NCBI GenBank assembly: GCA_043813585.1
Contig: JBDRKW010000020.1
Location: 129,185 to 193,184 of the forward strand
Origin: Candidatus Kerfeldbacteria bacterium
Lineage (GTDB): Bacteria; Patescibacteriota; Patescibacteriia; UBA9570; XYC2-FULL-38-9
Direction: 5' to 3'
DNA: 64,000 bases
Part shown: positions 30,600-40,344 of the stretch, piece by piece
How the letters are laid out: every line of letters starts with the position of its first letter
How positions within the stretch are numbered: the stretch's first letter is position 1
Translations under genes and position numbers: made by a program
Notes under the pieces: model-generated
What the model was told of the DNA's origin: nothing
The model's database searches: none
The model's input: only the letters and a program-made list of their open reading frames with translations

Positions 30600-31730
30600 C
30601 TAATTATACTCTACCGAACGATCATCGGGAAGTATCTCTATCCATGTATTTCCGGGCGTAAACGTCATCTCCTCTCCGCTATCCGTAATAAAACGGGTTC
30701 TTTGAGAGTGATATTCCTTTATCCATCGACCCTGAATCCGTTCACCATTTTTGAATAAATCAATAGCTCCTTCACCGATTGTTTCCATATCCAGACGACC
30801 GGTTGATTCTTCCATGAGTGTTGTCGGCACGTACTGTATAAGAACATTGGTCACATGAATTTGCTGGCCGGTTGCCGTATCGTTATGAGGTTCGTTCCCG
30901 TTAAACCGCAGGTATTGATTCGCATCCCTATCATATGCATACCGAACCTCATAACTCTGGGTAGAAAATGGGATAACAATATCAGGAGCATTCAACGGCC
31001 TGTCATTCAATACTATGGCTGATTCAAATAACCATGGGTTAAAGGTGCCCTCTCCTTCTTCCAGTTCAAAATCCCGGAGCATGTATCCGATCATTTCGGA
31101 CGACGTGAATAAATTGTGCGGTGCCGCTATTGATTCATCACGCCAAAAATACGCATGATCCCCACCGACCTGATTGACATTGTCCAGAAGATACGAGTTG
31201 TCGATTAACTGGCCAAGCGCCTGCGGACTGCCGCCCGCATGCATATAAACCCCACGGTACTCCTCTGCCCAATCAACAAAATAGTGACGCGCTGACCGCA
31301 CCGGACCGATAACGGTAAGATTTTCGTTTGTTGCATACAGTGCCATAAATCTGGTTATTCCGCCTTCCGCCAGCGCTTCATACACAACACTGGCACTCTG
31401 CAACCCCGTTTGCGGACGCACGGTGACAAGATTCTCAATCATGATCGCTATCGGCAGGACATTTTCATAGCCTCTTGGTGTCGGCACGCCGTCAATACGC
31501 CTCGTTAAAACATCCTCGTCCGTATCATTGCCGCTCAGATCGATATTTACGGTATCGCCGGATCCGTTTGCCTCGCTTGAATGGGATCTGTTGACGATAT
31601 AGATAGAGACAACAACAATAACAACCAACAACCCAATTGCGGCAACTACCAGCCAAACCTGGGCTTTCTTGCTTTCTTTAATTGCCCAAAGGCTATCTTT
31701 AATCCTAATGGACAGTGGCGGCTTCCCCAT
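30600..31730 (-). CDS. DUF3048 (YerB-like) membrane-anchored protein, copy 1
   Basis: Same motif set (IMIEN, RPQTGL, EGGITRF, GPVRSAR, APHNL); start ATG 31730 preceded by GAGGAGGAG. Confidence 0.85.
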   Translation of the reverse strand: MGKPPLSIRIKDSLWAIKESKKAQVWLVVAAIGLLVVIVVVSIYIVNRSHSSEANGSGDTVNIDLSGNDTDEDVLTRRIDGVPTPRGYENVLPIAIMIENLVTVRPQTGLQSASVVYEALAEGGITRFMALYATNENLTVIGPVRSARHYFVDWAEEYRGVYMHAGGSPQALGQLIDNSYLLDNVNQVGGDHAYFWRDESIAAPHNLFTSSEMIGYMLRDFELEEGEGTFNPWLFESAIVLNDRPLNAPDIVIPFSTQSYEVRYAYDRDANQYLRFNGNEPHNDTATGQQIHVTNVLIQYVPTTLMEESTGRLDMETIGEGAIDLFKNGERIQGRWIKEYHSQRTRFITDSGEEMTFTPGNTWIEILPDDRSVEYN

Positions 31731-31740
31731 GCTCCTCCTC

Positions 31741-32466
31741 TTATTCTTTCTTAGCGTCTTTCTCGCCTTCTCCTTCTTTCTTCTCTTCCCCTGCTTCAGT
31801 TTCTTCCGTCTCACCTTCCTCATCGGTTTCTTTCTTTCCTTCAACTTCAACATCAGAGATATCTTCAACAACATCTTCTTCAAGCGCTTTCAATTCCTCC
31901 TCGCTTCTCGGCTCAGCAACGGAAACAACGGTTGAGTCCGGCGCCTGCAGGTATTCAACTCCCTCCAATACAGGAAGATCGCGAACGCGGATATCATCAT
32001 CAAATGTCGCAAGAGACGTAAGGTCAACGACAATATGATGCGGCAAATCTTTCGGCAAACACTTCACCTCTAGCTCTGAAATCGTTTTTACGATGATGCC
32101 ACCGAGTTCCTTTTCAGCCGGCGCAATGCCTTCAAATAGTATCTCAACTTCAGCAGTCAGTTCCTCATCCATATTGACGATATAAAAATCAATATGCCTA
32201 TACGAATGCTCAACAGGATGTCGTTGAAGATCATGAACCAAGACCTTCACAGAATCCGAATCATCTATAACTAAATCAATAAGCGTACTTTCCCCTGCCT
32301 GGTCCAGTACCCTTTCAAAATCCAACGCATTAACGGATAACGGCGTTGTCACTTTATCTTTGCCGTAGACAATTGCCGGGATCATTCCGCCTTCCCTCAC
32401 TTTTCCCGCTCCAGCTCGTCCCTTATCTTCCCGCGTAACTGCTTTTAGTGTAATTGCTTCGCTCAT
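31741..32466 (-). CDS. rplY: 50S ribosomal protein L25/Ctc with acidic tail
   Basis: REGGMIPAIVYG, QRHPV...HIDF, CLPKDLPH.I.VD. Confidence 0.93.
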   Translation of the reverse strand: MSEAITLKAVTREDKGRAGAGKVREGGMIPAIVYGKDKVTTPLSVNALDFERVLDQAGESTLIDLVIDDSDSVKVLVHDLQRHPVEHSYRHIDFYIVNMDEELTAEVEILFEGIAPAEKELGGIIVKTISELEVKCLPKDLPHHIVVDLTSLATFDDDIRVRDLPVLEGVEYLQAPDSTVVSVAEPRSEEELKALEEDVVEDISDVEVEGKKETDEEGETEETEAGEEKKEGEGEKDAKKE

Positions 32467-32481
32467 AATAGTATGACTAGT

Positions 32482-32799
32482 TTACTTACGTGCTTTAAGA
32501 TTCTCAATAAGTGAACGCGTGCTGATTGCTTCGTGTATAGCAATAATGTCATCTTCCAAAATTCCAGCCTCACTGATAAAGCGCTCAAGTTCGGGTTTTT
32601 GCATATCGGTTGCTAACCCAATCGCTGTTATCATGCCATGCTTGGTTATTGTCAGAAGGACGACACCTCCATTGCAGCTCGGGCATTCAATATGATCTAA
32701 CGAAACATCCCTAGCAGAACGCACTCGTTGCGCTGCTTCAACATTGATTGATTGACCGCATAACGGGCACGTGCTCGTAACGTGGCTTTTTTTATTCAT
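32482..32799 (-). CDS. Small zinc-ribbon hypothetical protein
   Basis: CPLC ... HIECPSC, GLATDM, DDIIAIHE; 105 aa between rodA and rplY. Confidence 0.7.
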   Translation of the reverse strand: MNKKSHVTSTCPLCGQSINVEAAQRVRSARDVSLDHIECPSCNGGVVLLTITKHGMITAIGLATDMQKPELERFISEAGILEDDIIAIHEAISTRSLIENLKARK

Positions 32800-32857
32800 T
32801 TTCGGCCAATTATCAGAATTGCATTCTGGAGCATTATAAGATAATCGACTGTTCCTG

Positions 32858-33967
32858 TCAATTCCTGGATACTAGCCCCATTCGATGGACGATTCCAAAC
32901 GCCAACAGCGTTATTACCATAGACGTTCCGCCGGCGCTCACAAGCGGCAATGGCACCCCTGTCACCGGCAATAAACCCATATTCATCCCGAGAACCAAGA
33001 AACTTTGGGACAGAAAATAGACAAAAACGCCAAAGCAAAACAGAAAAACATACATATCCTTTGTGCGTGACATATAAACCCACAGACGAAACAGTATCAT
33101 TCCTATCGAGCCGAGGATTCCCAATACGCTTATAAACCCGAGCTCCTCCGCAATAGCCGCAAATATGAAGTCAGATGTGACTTCAGGGAGAAAATGCAGC
33201 TGACTTTGCGTTCCCAGCCCCAAACCTCTGCCCCAAAAAGACCCTGACCCGATGGCAACAATCGATTGCGTAATATTATAGCCTGTACCCATTGGATCCG
33301 CCTCCGGATTGATAAATGTTGACAGCCTGTCTTTTTGATAATCCTCAAAAAGGAAAAACCATCCGACAAGAAATATTCCAACGGCCATTACTGCCACAGC
33401 GACAAGACCCAATTTTGGCGCGCGGAGCAGGATGGCAAATGAAAACCATAATACAAATAGTATCAGCGCAGACCCAAGGTCAGGCTGCAATACCACCAAT
33501 CCGACAAGGACAGAAGCGGAAATGCCGCTGATGATAAAATACCGGTAGGTACTCATCTGCTCGGGACTTCGTTCAAAATACGCCGCGATAAAAAGGATAA
33601 AAAGAATTTTTGCTATCTCGACCGGTTGAAGCGAATATCCCGCTAAAACAAACCAGCCGGTGGTGCCTTTAATGGTAACGCCAAAAATAAGCACGCCAAC
33701 CAGTAATGCGGATGCAAAAAGGAAATAGATAGCAGCATGTCCCTTGATGGTTCTATGGTCAATAAAAGAAAAAATAACAAACGCGGCCACGCCGATGGCA
33801 ACATACGTCAACTGGTCAAAAAACGGCGACAATGTAGATATTTCCAGGTTCGTACCGATGCTGTACTGCATCACCAGGCCGATGCAAATCAAAAAAAGAA
33901 TTGGCGCTATAATCCACCAATCAACAAATCCAAATCGTTCAGATATTCGAGGCAGCCGTAGCTTCAT
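32858..33967 (-). CDS. rodA: SEDS peptidoglycan glycosyltransferase RodA
   Basis: QPVEIAK, QPDLG, YQKDRL, GYNITQS.VAIGSG, LPE..SDFIF, GVPLPLVSAGG. Confidence 0.9.
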   Translation of the reverse strand: MKLRLPRISERFGFVDWWIIAPILFLICIGLVMQYSIGTNLEISTLSPFFDQLTYVAIGVAAFVIFSFIDHRTIKGHAAIYFLFASALLVGVLIFGVTIKGTTGWFVLAGYSLQPVEIAKILFILFIAAYFERSPEQMSTYRYFIISGISASVLVGLVVLQPDLGSALILFVLWFSFAILLRAPKLGLVAVAVMAVGIFLVGWFFLFEDYQKDRLSTFINPEADPMGTGYNITQSIVAIGSGSFWGRGLGLGTQSQLHFLPEVTSDFIFAAIAEELGFISVLGILGSIGMILFRLWVYMSRTKDMYVFLFCFGVFVYFLSQSFLVLGMNMGLLPVTGVPLPLVSAGGTSMVITLLAFGIVHRMGLVSRN

Positions 33968-33982
33968 AATCGGCTTTTAAAG

Positions 33983-34828
33983 CTACCTGATGATACGCTC
34001 CTCCGTTATTTTGTCAACGTTTACGTAGATAAGAGGCGAAAGTGACCGCTCCAGTTTCATCGGCCATCGAAAAACCATTTCTTTTGTTTCCAGCGAGCCA
34101 ATCATATCAACAACCACGCTTGCTATGGCCTCAATATTATTGGAGTCATCAACCATAAGCACCACAACCTGCGGCTCTCTAAAACCATAGACGCTTTTAT
34201 TCCTAAGCGTAAAACTCAACTCACTCTTAAAAACACTTGCATCAGTGCCGTCTATATAACGAAAACTCGGCTGAATAAATTCCCACGCATCAACCGGCAG
34301 GACTTCAAGATCTGCCGTTTTTATCCAGCTTGATGACTGCAATACCGCGCTGACTGTAGGCACTGAACTGCCGGTGAACGGAACTCCGCTGCGCACCAGG
34401 TATTTTTCCTGCATTGGGGCCATTGTGATTGTTTCCCTGCCCGCAGAAACGCCACCGGCTAAAATTTCATAATCAAGGCTTGTTGCCGACCATGTTTCAT
34501 TGGGATTGCGCACATGAACTGCGATATCAATACTTGAATCATCTCGCCTGACGGCAGTTGACTTCACAACGACAGGATTCAGCGGCTTTTCGACTTGCCC
34601 ATATGATATGACAGACTGCGACAATCCCGCCTCAATTTCGTTTGTCTGGCCGATATGCGTTAGCCAATTAATCGTAATAATCAAAAACACAAGCACTGAT
34701 GCGCCTGCAACGACTGCTAACGCTACGGTTCCCGCCATTTTGATCTGGCTCCGATGCGTTGCAATCCAATATCCCCGGCTTAAGCTGCCTTGGGATAATT
34801 GATCCGGCTGCTGTGGTGGCTGTTCCAT
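33983..34828 (-). CDS. Hypothetical single-pass membrane protein with beta-rich (Ig-like) domains
   Basis: N-terminal TM; VRNPN and LRNKS motifs; extended -10 (TGGTACACT) 6 nt upstream of ATG. Confidence 0.7.
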   Translation of the reverse strand: MEQPPQQPDQLSQGSLSRGYWIATHRSQIKMAGTVALAVVAGASVLVFLIITINWLTHIGQTNEIEAGLSQSVISYGQVEKPLNPVVVKSTAVRRDDSSIDIAVHVRNPNETWSATSLDYEILAGGVSAGRETITMAPMQEKYLVRSGVPFTGSSVPTVSAVLQSSSWIKTADLEVLPVDAWEFIQPSFRYIDGTDASVFKSELSFTLRNKSVYGFREPQVVVLMVDDSNNIEAIASVVVDMIGSLETKEMVFRWPMKLERSLSPLIYVNVDKITEERIIR

Positions 34829-34911
34829 GCCACCAGTGTACCATTCTTGCCCGCACAGTTCAATTATGCTATTATGCTCCTATATATAAAATAAAAATTG
34901 AACAAATAACT

Positions 34912-35202
34912 ATGTTTGATACATCAGTTGACGTCATGTATGGCGTGATCTCGCTCTGCATCCTGGTCTTTACCGGGTTCCTTGTGTGGATTATGTTTTA
35001 TCTCGCTCAGATGTTAAAACAGGGCAATGAAGTCATTACAGAAATTCGCGAAAAAATAGCTGAGTTTGAAGAGGCTCTCTCAACAATTAAGGATAAAGTC
35101 ATGTCTTCAGCTCAGGCAATATCCTTTATTGCCAATGAGGTCGGGTCAGTTGTAGATTTTGTTAAAGACCGGAAGGACAAAAAACGCTCCAGTAAAAAAT
35201 AA
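34912..35202 (+). CDS. Small TM + coiled-coil protein (DUF948-like architecture)
   Basis: MFDTSVD start, hydrophobic helix, coiled coil, basic tail; followed by a terminator. Confidence 0.7.
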   Translation: MFDTSVDVMYGVISLCILVFTGFLVWIMFYLAQMLKQGNEVITEIREKIAEFEEALSTIKDKVMSSAQAISFIANEVGSVVDFVKDRKDKKRSSKK

Positions 35203-35207
35203 GGTAT

Positions 35208-35238
35208 AAAAAAACCGCCACTCAAGATTGGCGGTTTT
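35208..35238. terminator. Bidirectional intrinsic terminator
   Basis: AAAACCGCCA-N8-TGGCGGTTTT between convergent genes. Confidence 0.8.
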
Positions 35239-35246
35239 CAAATTTA

Positions 35247-35693
35247 TTAATATTGGTTAATGGCGTCTATGATCTGGGAATCAGTTCGCAAATTTTCCCA
35301 GAACAGCACGTGTTCTTTGCGAATGACTATCGTATTCTCCGGTTGATGTATCTCTTCTCCTAAACGTATGACCTTAATTGAAGTCTCCTTTTCTCCATTT
35401 TTTGCGTCATCTGTAAGTTGCTCCTGCTGCTGAAGATAATAGACGTCGGTCAATTGAAAATAATTTCTGCTCAACGAATCAAGATGGCCGAAATAGACCT
35501 GCCCGTTTACGAGAAATACCGCCTGGAACGTATTCTTTGGGGTGGTCTTCTCAAACTGCAATTTCTGCATCGACAGGGATGCCCCGACCAAAATAACGGT
35601 CAGCACAATTAGAATGTATGGCACCATCATAACATCGAAGGACCATTGCTTTTTTGTCATTTTTTTGGTTTGCTTATTTGGCATAGTTTTCAT
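35247..35693 (-). CDS. Hypothetical single-TM protein with FQAVFLVNGQVYFG motif
   Basis: TM then FQAVFLVNGQVYFGHL, DVYYLQ, LGEEIHQPE, VLFWENL. Confidence 0.75.
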   Translation of the reverse strand: MKTMPNKQTKKMTKKQWSFDVMMVPYILIVLTVILVGASLSMQKLQFEKTTPKNTFQAVFLVNGQVYFGHLDSLSRNYFQLTDVYYLQQQEQLTDDAKNGEKETSIKVIRLGEEIHQPENTIVIRKEHVLFWENLRTDSQIIDAINQY

Positions 35694-35732
35694 TTAACAA
35701 TCTGCACACCATAGTATCATAGAAAAACTGTT

Positions 35733-38700
35733 ATGTCATTCATCCATTTACACGTCCATAGCCATTATTCCCTGTTAGACGGGGTCCCAAAGATCCCTGA
35801 ATTGATACATGCAGTAAAAAAAGCAGGTATGCCTGCTGTTGCTCTTACGGACCATGGGAACATGTACGGCGCTATTGAATTCTTCCAGGAAGCGAAAAAA
35901 AACGGCATTAAACCAATTATTGGAATGGAGGTCTATATTGCTCCAAACGGCGTGAAAGAGATGCAGCCGCGCGTTCGGCCTTACCATCTTGTTCTTCTGG
36001 CAAAAAATAGAACCGGCTACGAAAACTTGATTCAACTGACCTCGTATGCCCATCTTGAAGGCTATTATTCCAAACCGCGCGTCGACATCGATATTTTGCG
36101 GCAGCACGCTGACGGGCTTATTGCGCTTACCGCATGTTTGTCGGGGGAAGTACCAAAAACATTTTTAACCGGCGGATATGACAAGGCAAAGGAGGCAGCA
36201 CTTAAATACTCTCAGATTTTTCCTGAAAACCTTTATCTGGAAGTGCAGTACAACCCTTCGATGCCTGAGCAGGAACTCGTTAATCAGGCAATGCTTCAAA
36301 TGCATCAGGAACTGGGACTCCCACTTGTCGCGACAAACGACGTCCACTATATCGCTCCGGAAGACAACGAAGCACAGGACGTGTTGTTATGTATTCAGAC
36401 AAAAAAACTGCTGACAGATACAGAGCGCCTTACTATGATGAACGAAGATTATTCCCTCACTCCTGCATCACGAATGCAGGAACTGTTTGCAAAGTTCCCG
36501 GGCGCCATTGAGAATACTCTCAAAATTGCAGATGAAATCAATATTGAGATACAGCTCGGAAAAATACAAATTCCTCATTTTGATCTTCCAGAAAATGTAA
36601 CGCCTGAGCAGCGTCTTCGCGATCTGTGTAACGAAGGAATACAAAACAAATATAAAGAACGCACAACTGAAATATCAGAACGCCTTGATTATGAATTGGA
36701 TATTATCGAACGAACAGGTTTTGCCTCGTACTTCTTGATTGTTCAGGACTTCATTAACTGGGCAAAAAAACAAAAAATCGCAGTCGGGCCGGGCCGCGGT
36801 TCTGCTGCAGGTTCCATTGTGGCCTATCTGACGAACATTACGGACATTGATCCGATAAAATATGAACTGCTATTTGAGCGGTTCCTAAATCCGGAACGCA
36901 TATCCATGCCTGATATTGATACGGATTTTGCAGATGCCCGCCGCGATGACGTTCTGCGGTATGTTGAACAGCGCTACGGCAAGGACCATGTTGCGCAGAT
37001 CATTACGTTTGGAACGCTTGGGGCTAAAGCAGCGGTTCGCGACGTCGGACGCGTAATGGGCCTGTCATACGGCTATTGCGATAGAATTTCAAAATTAATC
37101 CCAATGTTCATGACGCTCCAGGAAGCGTTGGAATCGGTTTCAGAGCTCTCTGACCTGATAAATGAAGATGCAGATGCCGAACGTCTGATACAAATCGCCC
37201 AAAAGCTGGAAGGCGTCGCCCGCCATACATCCACACACGCGTGTGCTGTCGTCATTACAAAAGAACCTCTTACAAAAACCGTTCCTCTTCAGGTGGATCC
37301 GGACGACAAGGGAATTATCACCCAATATCCCATGAACCCAATTGAAGCTCTGGGTTTGCTGAAAATGGACTTTCTGGGCCTAAAAAACCTTACTATTATT
37401 GAAGATACATTGAATATTGTCGATGCAACAACTGGCAGATCGTTGAATATTGAAGAGATACCCTTAAATAACAAGCCAACATTCAAATTATTGCAGCAAG
37501 CCAATACCATCGGAGTTTTCCAACTTGAAAGTTCCGGCATGCGGAGGTATCTCAAACAACTCAAGCCGACAGAAATGGAAGATATAATCGCAATGGTCTC
37601 GCTCTATCGGCCTGGTCCGATGGACTTCATCCCAGACTATATTTCCGGCAAACATGGAAAAAGAACAATCACCTATTTGGAAAAACGGCTACAACCGATA
37701 CTTGAAAAGACATACGGCATTGCCGTGTACCAGGAACAAATTATGGAGATAGCGCGCCAACTTGCTGGCTTCAGTTATGGCGAAGCGGACGTGCTCCGAA
37801 AAGCGGTTGGTAAGAAAAACAAGGCGCTTCTCGACAAGCAGGAACAAAAAATGATTCAAGGCATGGTTGATAGCGGAATCAGCCACGATATCGCAAAGAG
37901 AATTTGGGAATTCATATTGCCCTTTGCCCGATACGGTTTTAACCGGTCGCACGCTGCCTGTTATGCCATGATCGCCTATCGCACCGCATTCCTGAAGGCC
38001 AACTATCCTGCACAATTCATGGCCGCTCTCCTAAATGCAGATCATGGAAACACGGAACGGGTTGCGCTTGAAATCAACCATGCGCTTTCCATGGGAATTA
38101 AGGTCCTTCCACCGGATATCAATGAAAGCTTTGCATCGTTCACTGTGGTTCGCGCATCCCTGGAGGAGGAAACGCAGCGCATCCGCTTCGGTCTGAAAGC
38201 GATTAAAAATGTCGGCGACAATATTGTTACCGTGATTATTAAAGAACGCAAAGAAAATGGTCCATTCGCGACCTTGGAAGACTTCCTGCGCCGCGTACAG
38301 GACAAGGACCTCAATAAAAAATCGTTAGAGAGCCTTATAAAAACCGGAGCGCTGGACAGCCTTGGAGAAAGAAACAAACTTCTTCTGAATATTGAAGTTC
38401 TTCTGCAATATGCCAAGCAGGCGCAGAATGAATCAATTAGCGGACAAGGTAATCTCTTTGGCGGCCTTAAGAAGGAATCACAGCCAGGCCTGACATTATC
38501 CGAAGTTCCCGAGATTTCTGAAAAGATCCGACTCTCCTGGGAAAAGGAATTACTCGGGCTCTATATCTCCGGGCACCCGCTGAGCCACATTTCACACGTG
38601 TTGGAAAAAAACTCCATCCCTTTTTCCACGCTAAAAAACTTTCCAAAGCGCCAAACAATATCTGTCATAGGGATAGTTACAACAGTAAAGCGGGTAACGA

Positions 38701-39134
38701 CAAAAAATGGGGAAGCGATGCTCTTTGTTGGTTTTGCCGATAATACGGCAGAAATCGAAATTATTATTTTCCCCAAAACCTACCAGAAATATTCCACTTT
38801 CTGGGATGAAGATGCAGTGTTGGAAGTGAAGGGAAAGCTTGACGACAAGGACGGAGCCCTAAAAATACTTGTTGAGGAGGTTAAGCGATTTGATCCGGAT
38901 AATGTATCTCCTGCTCCCCATGTCCGCATCTCGGTTCCCAAAAAAATAAAAAAATCATTGTTTAAGCAATTTTCTGAATTAATCAAGGAGGAGTCCCAAA
39001 GCGAACAAGCACTGTACGCCGTCTATCTTATCGTCGACGGAAAAACAATCGATACAAATGCCAAAATCCCTAAGAAAACTATTAAAGAAATCGAACAGCT
39101 GTTTGGACAACAGGCCGTCTCTGTGGTAGAATAA
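35733..39134 (+). CDS. dnaE: DNA polymerase III alpha subunit
   Basis: PHP HLHVHSHYSLLDG, GPGRGSAAGS, SMPDIDTDF, KMDFLGL, FNRSHA, OB fold; no intein seen. Confidence 0.98.
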   Translation: MSFIHLHVHSHYSLLDGVPKIPELIHAVKKAGMPAVALTDHGNMYGAIEFFQEAKKNGIKPIIGMEVYIAPNGVKEMQPRVRPYHLVLLAKNRTGYENLIQLTSYAHLEGYYSKPRVDIDILRQHADGLIALTACLSGEVPKTFLTGGYDKAKEAALKYSQIFPENLYLEVQYNPSMPEQELVNQAMLQMHQELGLPLVATNDVHYIAPEDNEAQDVLLCIQTKKLLTDTERLTMMNEDYSLTPASRMQELFAKFPGAIENTLKIADEINIEIQLGKIQIPHFDLPENVTPEQRLRDLCNEGIQNKYKERTTEISERLDYELDIIERTGFASYFLIVQDFINWAKKQKIAVGPGRGSAAGSIVAYLTNITDIDPIKYELLFERFLNPERISMPDIDTDFADARRDDVLRYVEQRYGKDHVAQIITFGTLGAKAAVRDVGRVMGLSYGYCDRISKLIPMFMTLQEALESVSELSDLINEDADAERLIQIAQKLEGVARHTSTHACAVVITKEPLTKTVPLQVDPDDKGIITQYPMNPIEALGLLKMDFLGLKNLTIIEDTLNIVDATTGRSLNIEEIPLNNKPTFKLLQQANTIGVFQLESSGMRRYLKQLKPTEMEDIIAMVSLYRPGPMDFIPDYISGKHGKRTITYLEKRLQPILEKTYGIAVYQEQIMEIARQLAGFSYGEADVLRKAVGKKNKALLDKQEQKMIQGMVDSGISHDIAKRIWEFILPFARYGFNRSHAACYAMIAYRTAFLKANYPAQFMAALLNADHGNTERVALEINHALSMGIKVLPPDINESFASFTVVRASLEEETQRIRFGLKAIKNVGDNIVTVIIKERKENGPFATLEDFLRRVQDKDLNKKSLESLIKTGALDSLGERNKLLLNIEVLLQYAKQAQNESISGQGNLFGGLKKESQPGLTLSEVPEISEKIRLSWEKELLGLYISGHPLSHISHVLEKNSIPFSTLKNFPKRQTISVIGIVTTVKRVTTKNGEAMLFVGFADNTAEIEIIIFPKTYQKYSTFWDEDAVLEVKGKLDDKDGALKILVEEVKRFDPDNVSPAPHVRISVPKKIKKSLFKQFSELIKEESQSEQALYAVYLIVDGKTIDTNAKIPKKTIKEIEQLFGQQAVSVVE

Positions 39135-39154
39135 GCGAAAATAATCATAATATT

Positions 39155-40333
39155 ATGGCTCGAAAAAACAAAAAAACAAAGACCGAAGAAGCAAAGACTC
39201 CATCGCTTGGCGCTTCGCGCATTGAGAAACACTACACAAAAATTGTTATTGCGTTTGTTGCGATTACTGTCGTTCTCGTCGGCGTTATCGCCTATTTTTC
39301 ATTTTCAAAAACAACAATTATCGTTCATCCCCGTTCAATGACGCAGGATATTTCCCTTTCCACTACTCTCGAAGAGTTGGACGGCGTTATGGTTATAACT
39401 GACGTCGAAGGCAGCAAGCAGCTTACCGAGCTCACATCGAGCGAAACACGGCCCGGAAAAGCGACAGGAACGGTGACGCTGATAAACAATTATTCAAAAG
39501 ATCAGCCTTTGGTAGAAACAACCCGATTATTATCGGCAGAAGGAGTATTGTTCCGAACACAGGAAACTGTCACAGTGCCTGCTGGCGGAAGCATAGATGT
39601 TCCAGTGATCGCCGATGAAGAAGGCGCGCAGGGCAACCTTGGCCCGACGAAATTTGAAGTTGTTGCCTTATGGGATGGATTGAAGGATGATATTTATGGT
39701 GAAAATGCAGCGCCGATGGACGGTGGCGTTGTCAGCACTGCAGTAGTGACTGAGGAAAATGTCCAGCAAGCTAAAACAGAGCTTCGCGCGGATTTAATCA
39801 AACAAGGTGCTGATGTTATTGCGGTTGAAATTCAAAATTATGACGGCCTTCCTACAAATCCACTGCTTCTTGACAATGCCGCGCAAATGTCGGTTGTGTT
39901 ATCTGAACAAACAGATGTCAATGTCGGCGATGAAGCAAGCCAGGTTACAGCCACGATGACGGCAACTGTCGTTGCACCGGTTATCAACCAGGATAAATTG
40001 AGCGAATACCTTCAGGCAAATATCGATTCTGCAACCCCTGCCGGTTCAACGCTGACATCAGACATATCATTAGACGACGTTACGATCACAGTAGACTCTG
40101 TAAATGACGATTATACGAACGCTGACCTTACAATATCCCTGTCTGTTGAAATGACTGCAACAGAAGTGAATGATATTTTTGACCTGTCGCAAATTACAAA
40201 CCGCAGCGAAGCCGATATTCGCGCCTACCTGACGACGTTTGAGGAAGTCGAATCAGTTGAAGTGCAGTTTTCACCGTTCTGGGTCAAACGAACACCCGCA
40301 TTGTCGGACAATATTACTATCAAAGTTGAATAG
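39155..40333 (+). CDS. Membrane-anchored baseplate J/gp47-like domain protein
   Basis: N-terminal TM; KATGTVTLIN...LFRTQETVTVPAG..DVPVIADEEG.QGN; C-terminal SPFWVKRTP. Confidence 0.6.
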   Translation: MARKNKKTKTEEAKTPSLGASRIEKHYTKIVIAFVAITVVLVGVIAYFSFSKTTIIVHPRSMTQDISLSTTLEELDGVMVITDVEGSKQLTELTSSETRPGKATGTVTLINNYSKDQPLVETTRLLSAEGVLFRTQETVTVPAGGSIDVPVIADEEGAQGNLGPTKFEVVALWDGLKDDIYGENAAPMDGGVVSTAVVTEENVQQAKTELRADLIKQGADVIAVEIQNYDGLPTNPLLLDNAAQMSVVLSEQTDVNVGDEASQVTATMTATVVAPVINQDKLSEYLQANIDSATPAGSTLTSDISLDDVTITVDSVNDDYTNADLTISLSVEMTATEVNDIFDLSQITNRSEADIRAYLTTFEEVESVEVQFSPFWVKRTPALSDNITIKVE

Positions 40334-40344
40334 TGCCTTTCCGC

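Noticed and set aside
31731-31883. Extremely Lys/Arg-rich N-terminal extension of ORF 30600..31883
   Set aside because: It is an alternative-frame reading of the acidic GAA-rich tail of rplY; the true start is ATG 31730 with a Shine-Dalgarno motif.
39155-40333. Prophage or contractile injection system
   Set aside because: No sheath, tube, terminase or integrase genes; flanked by dnaE and thrS.
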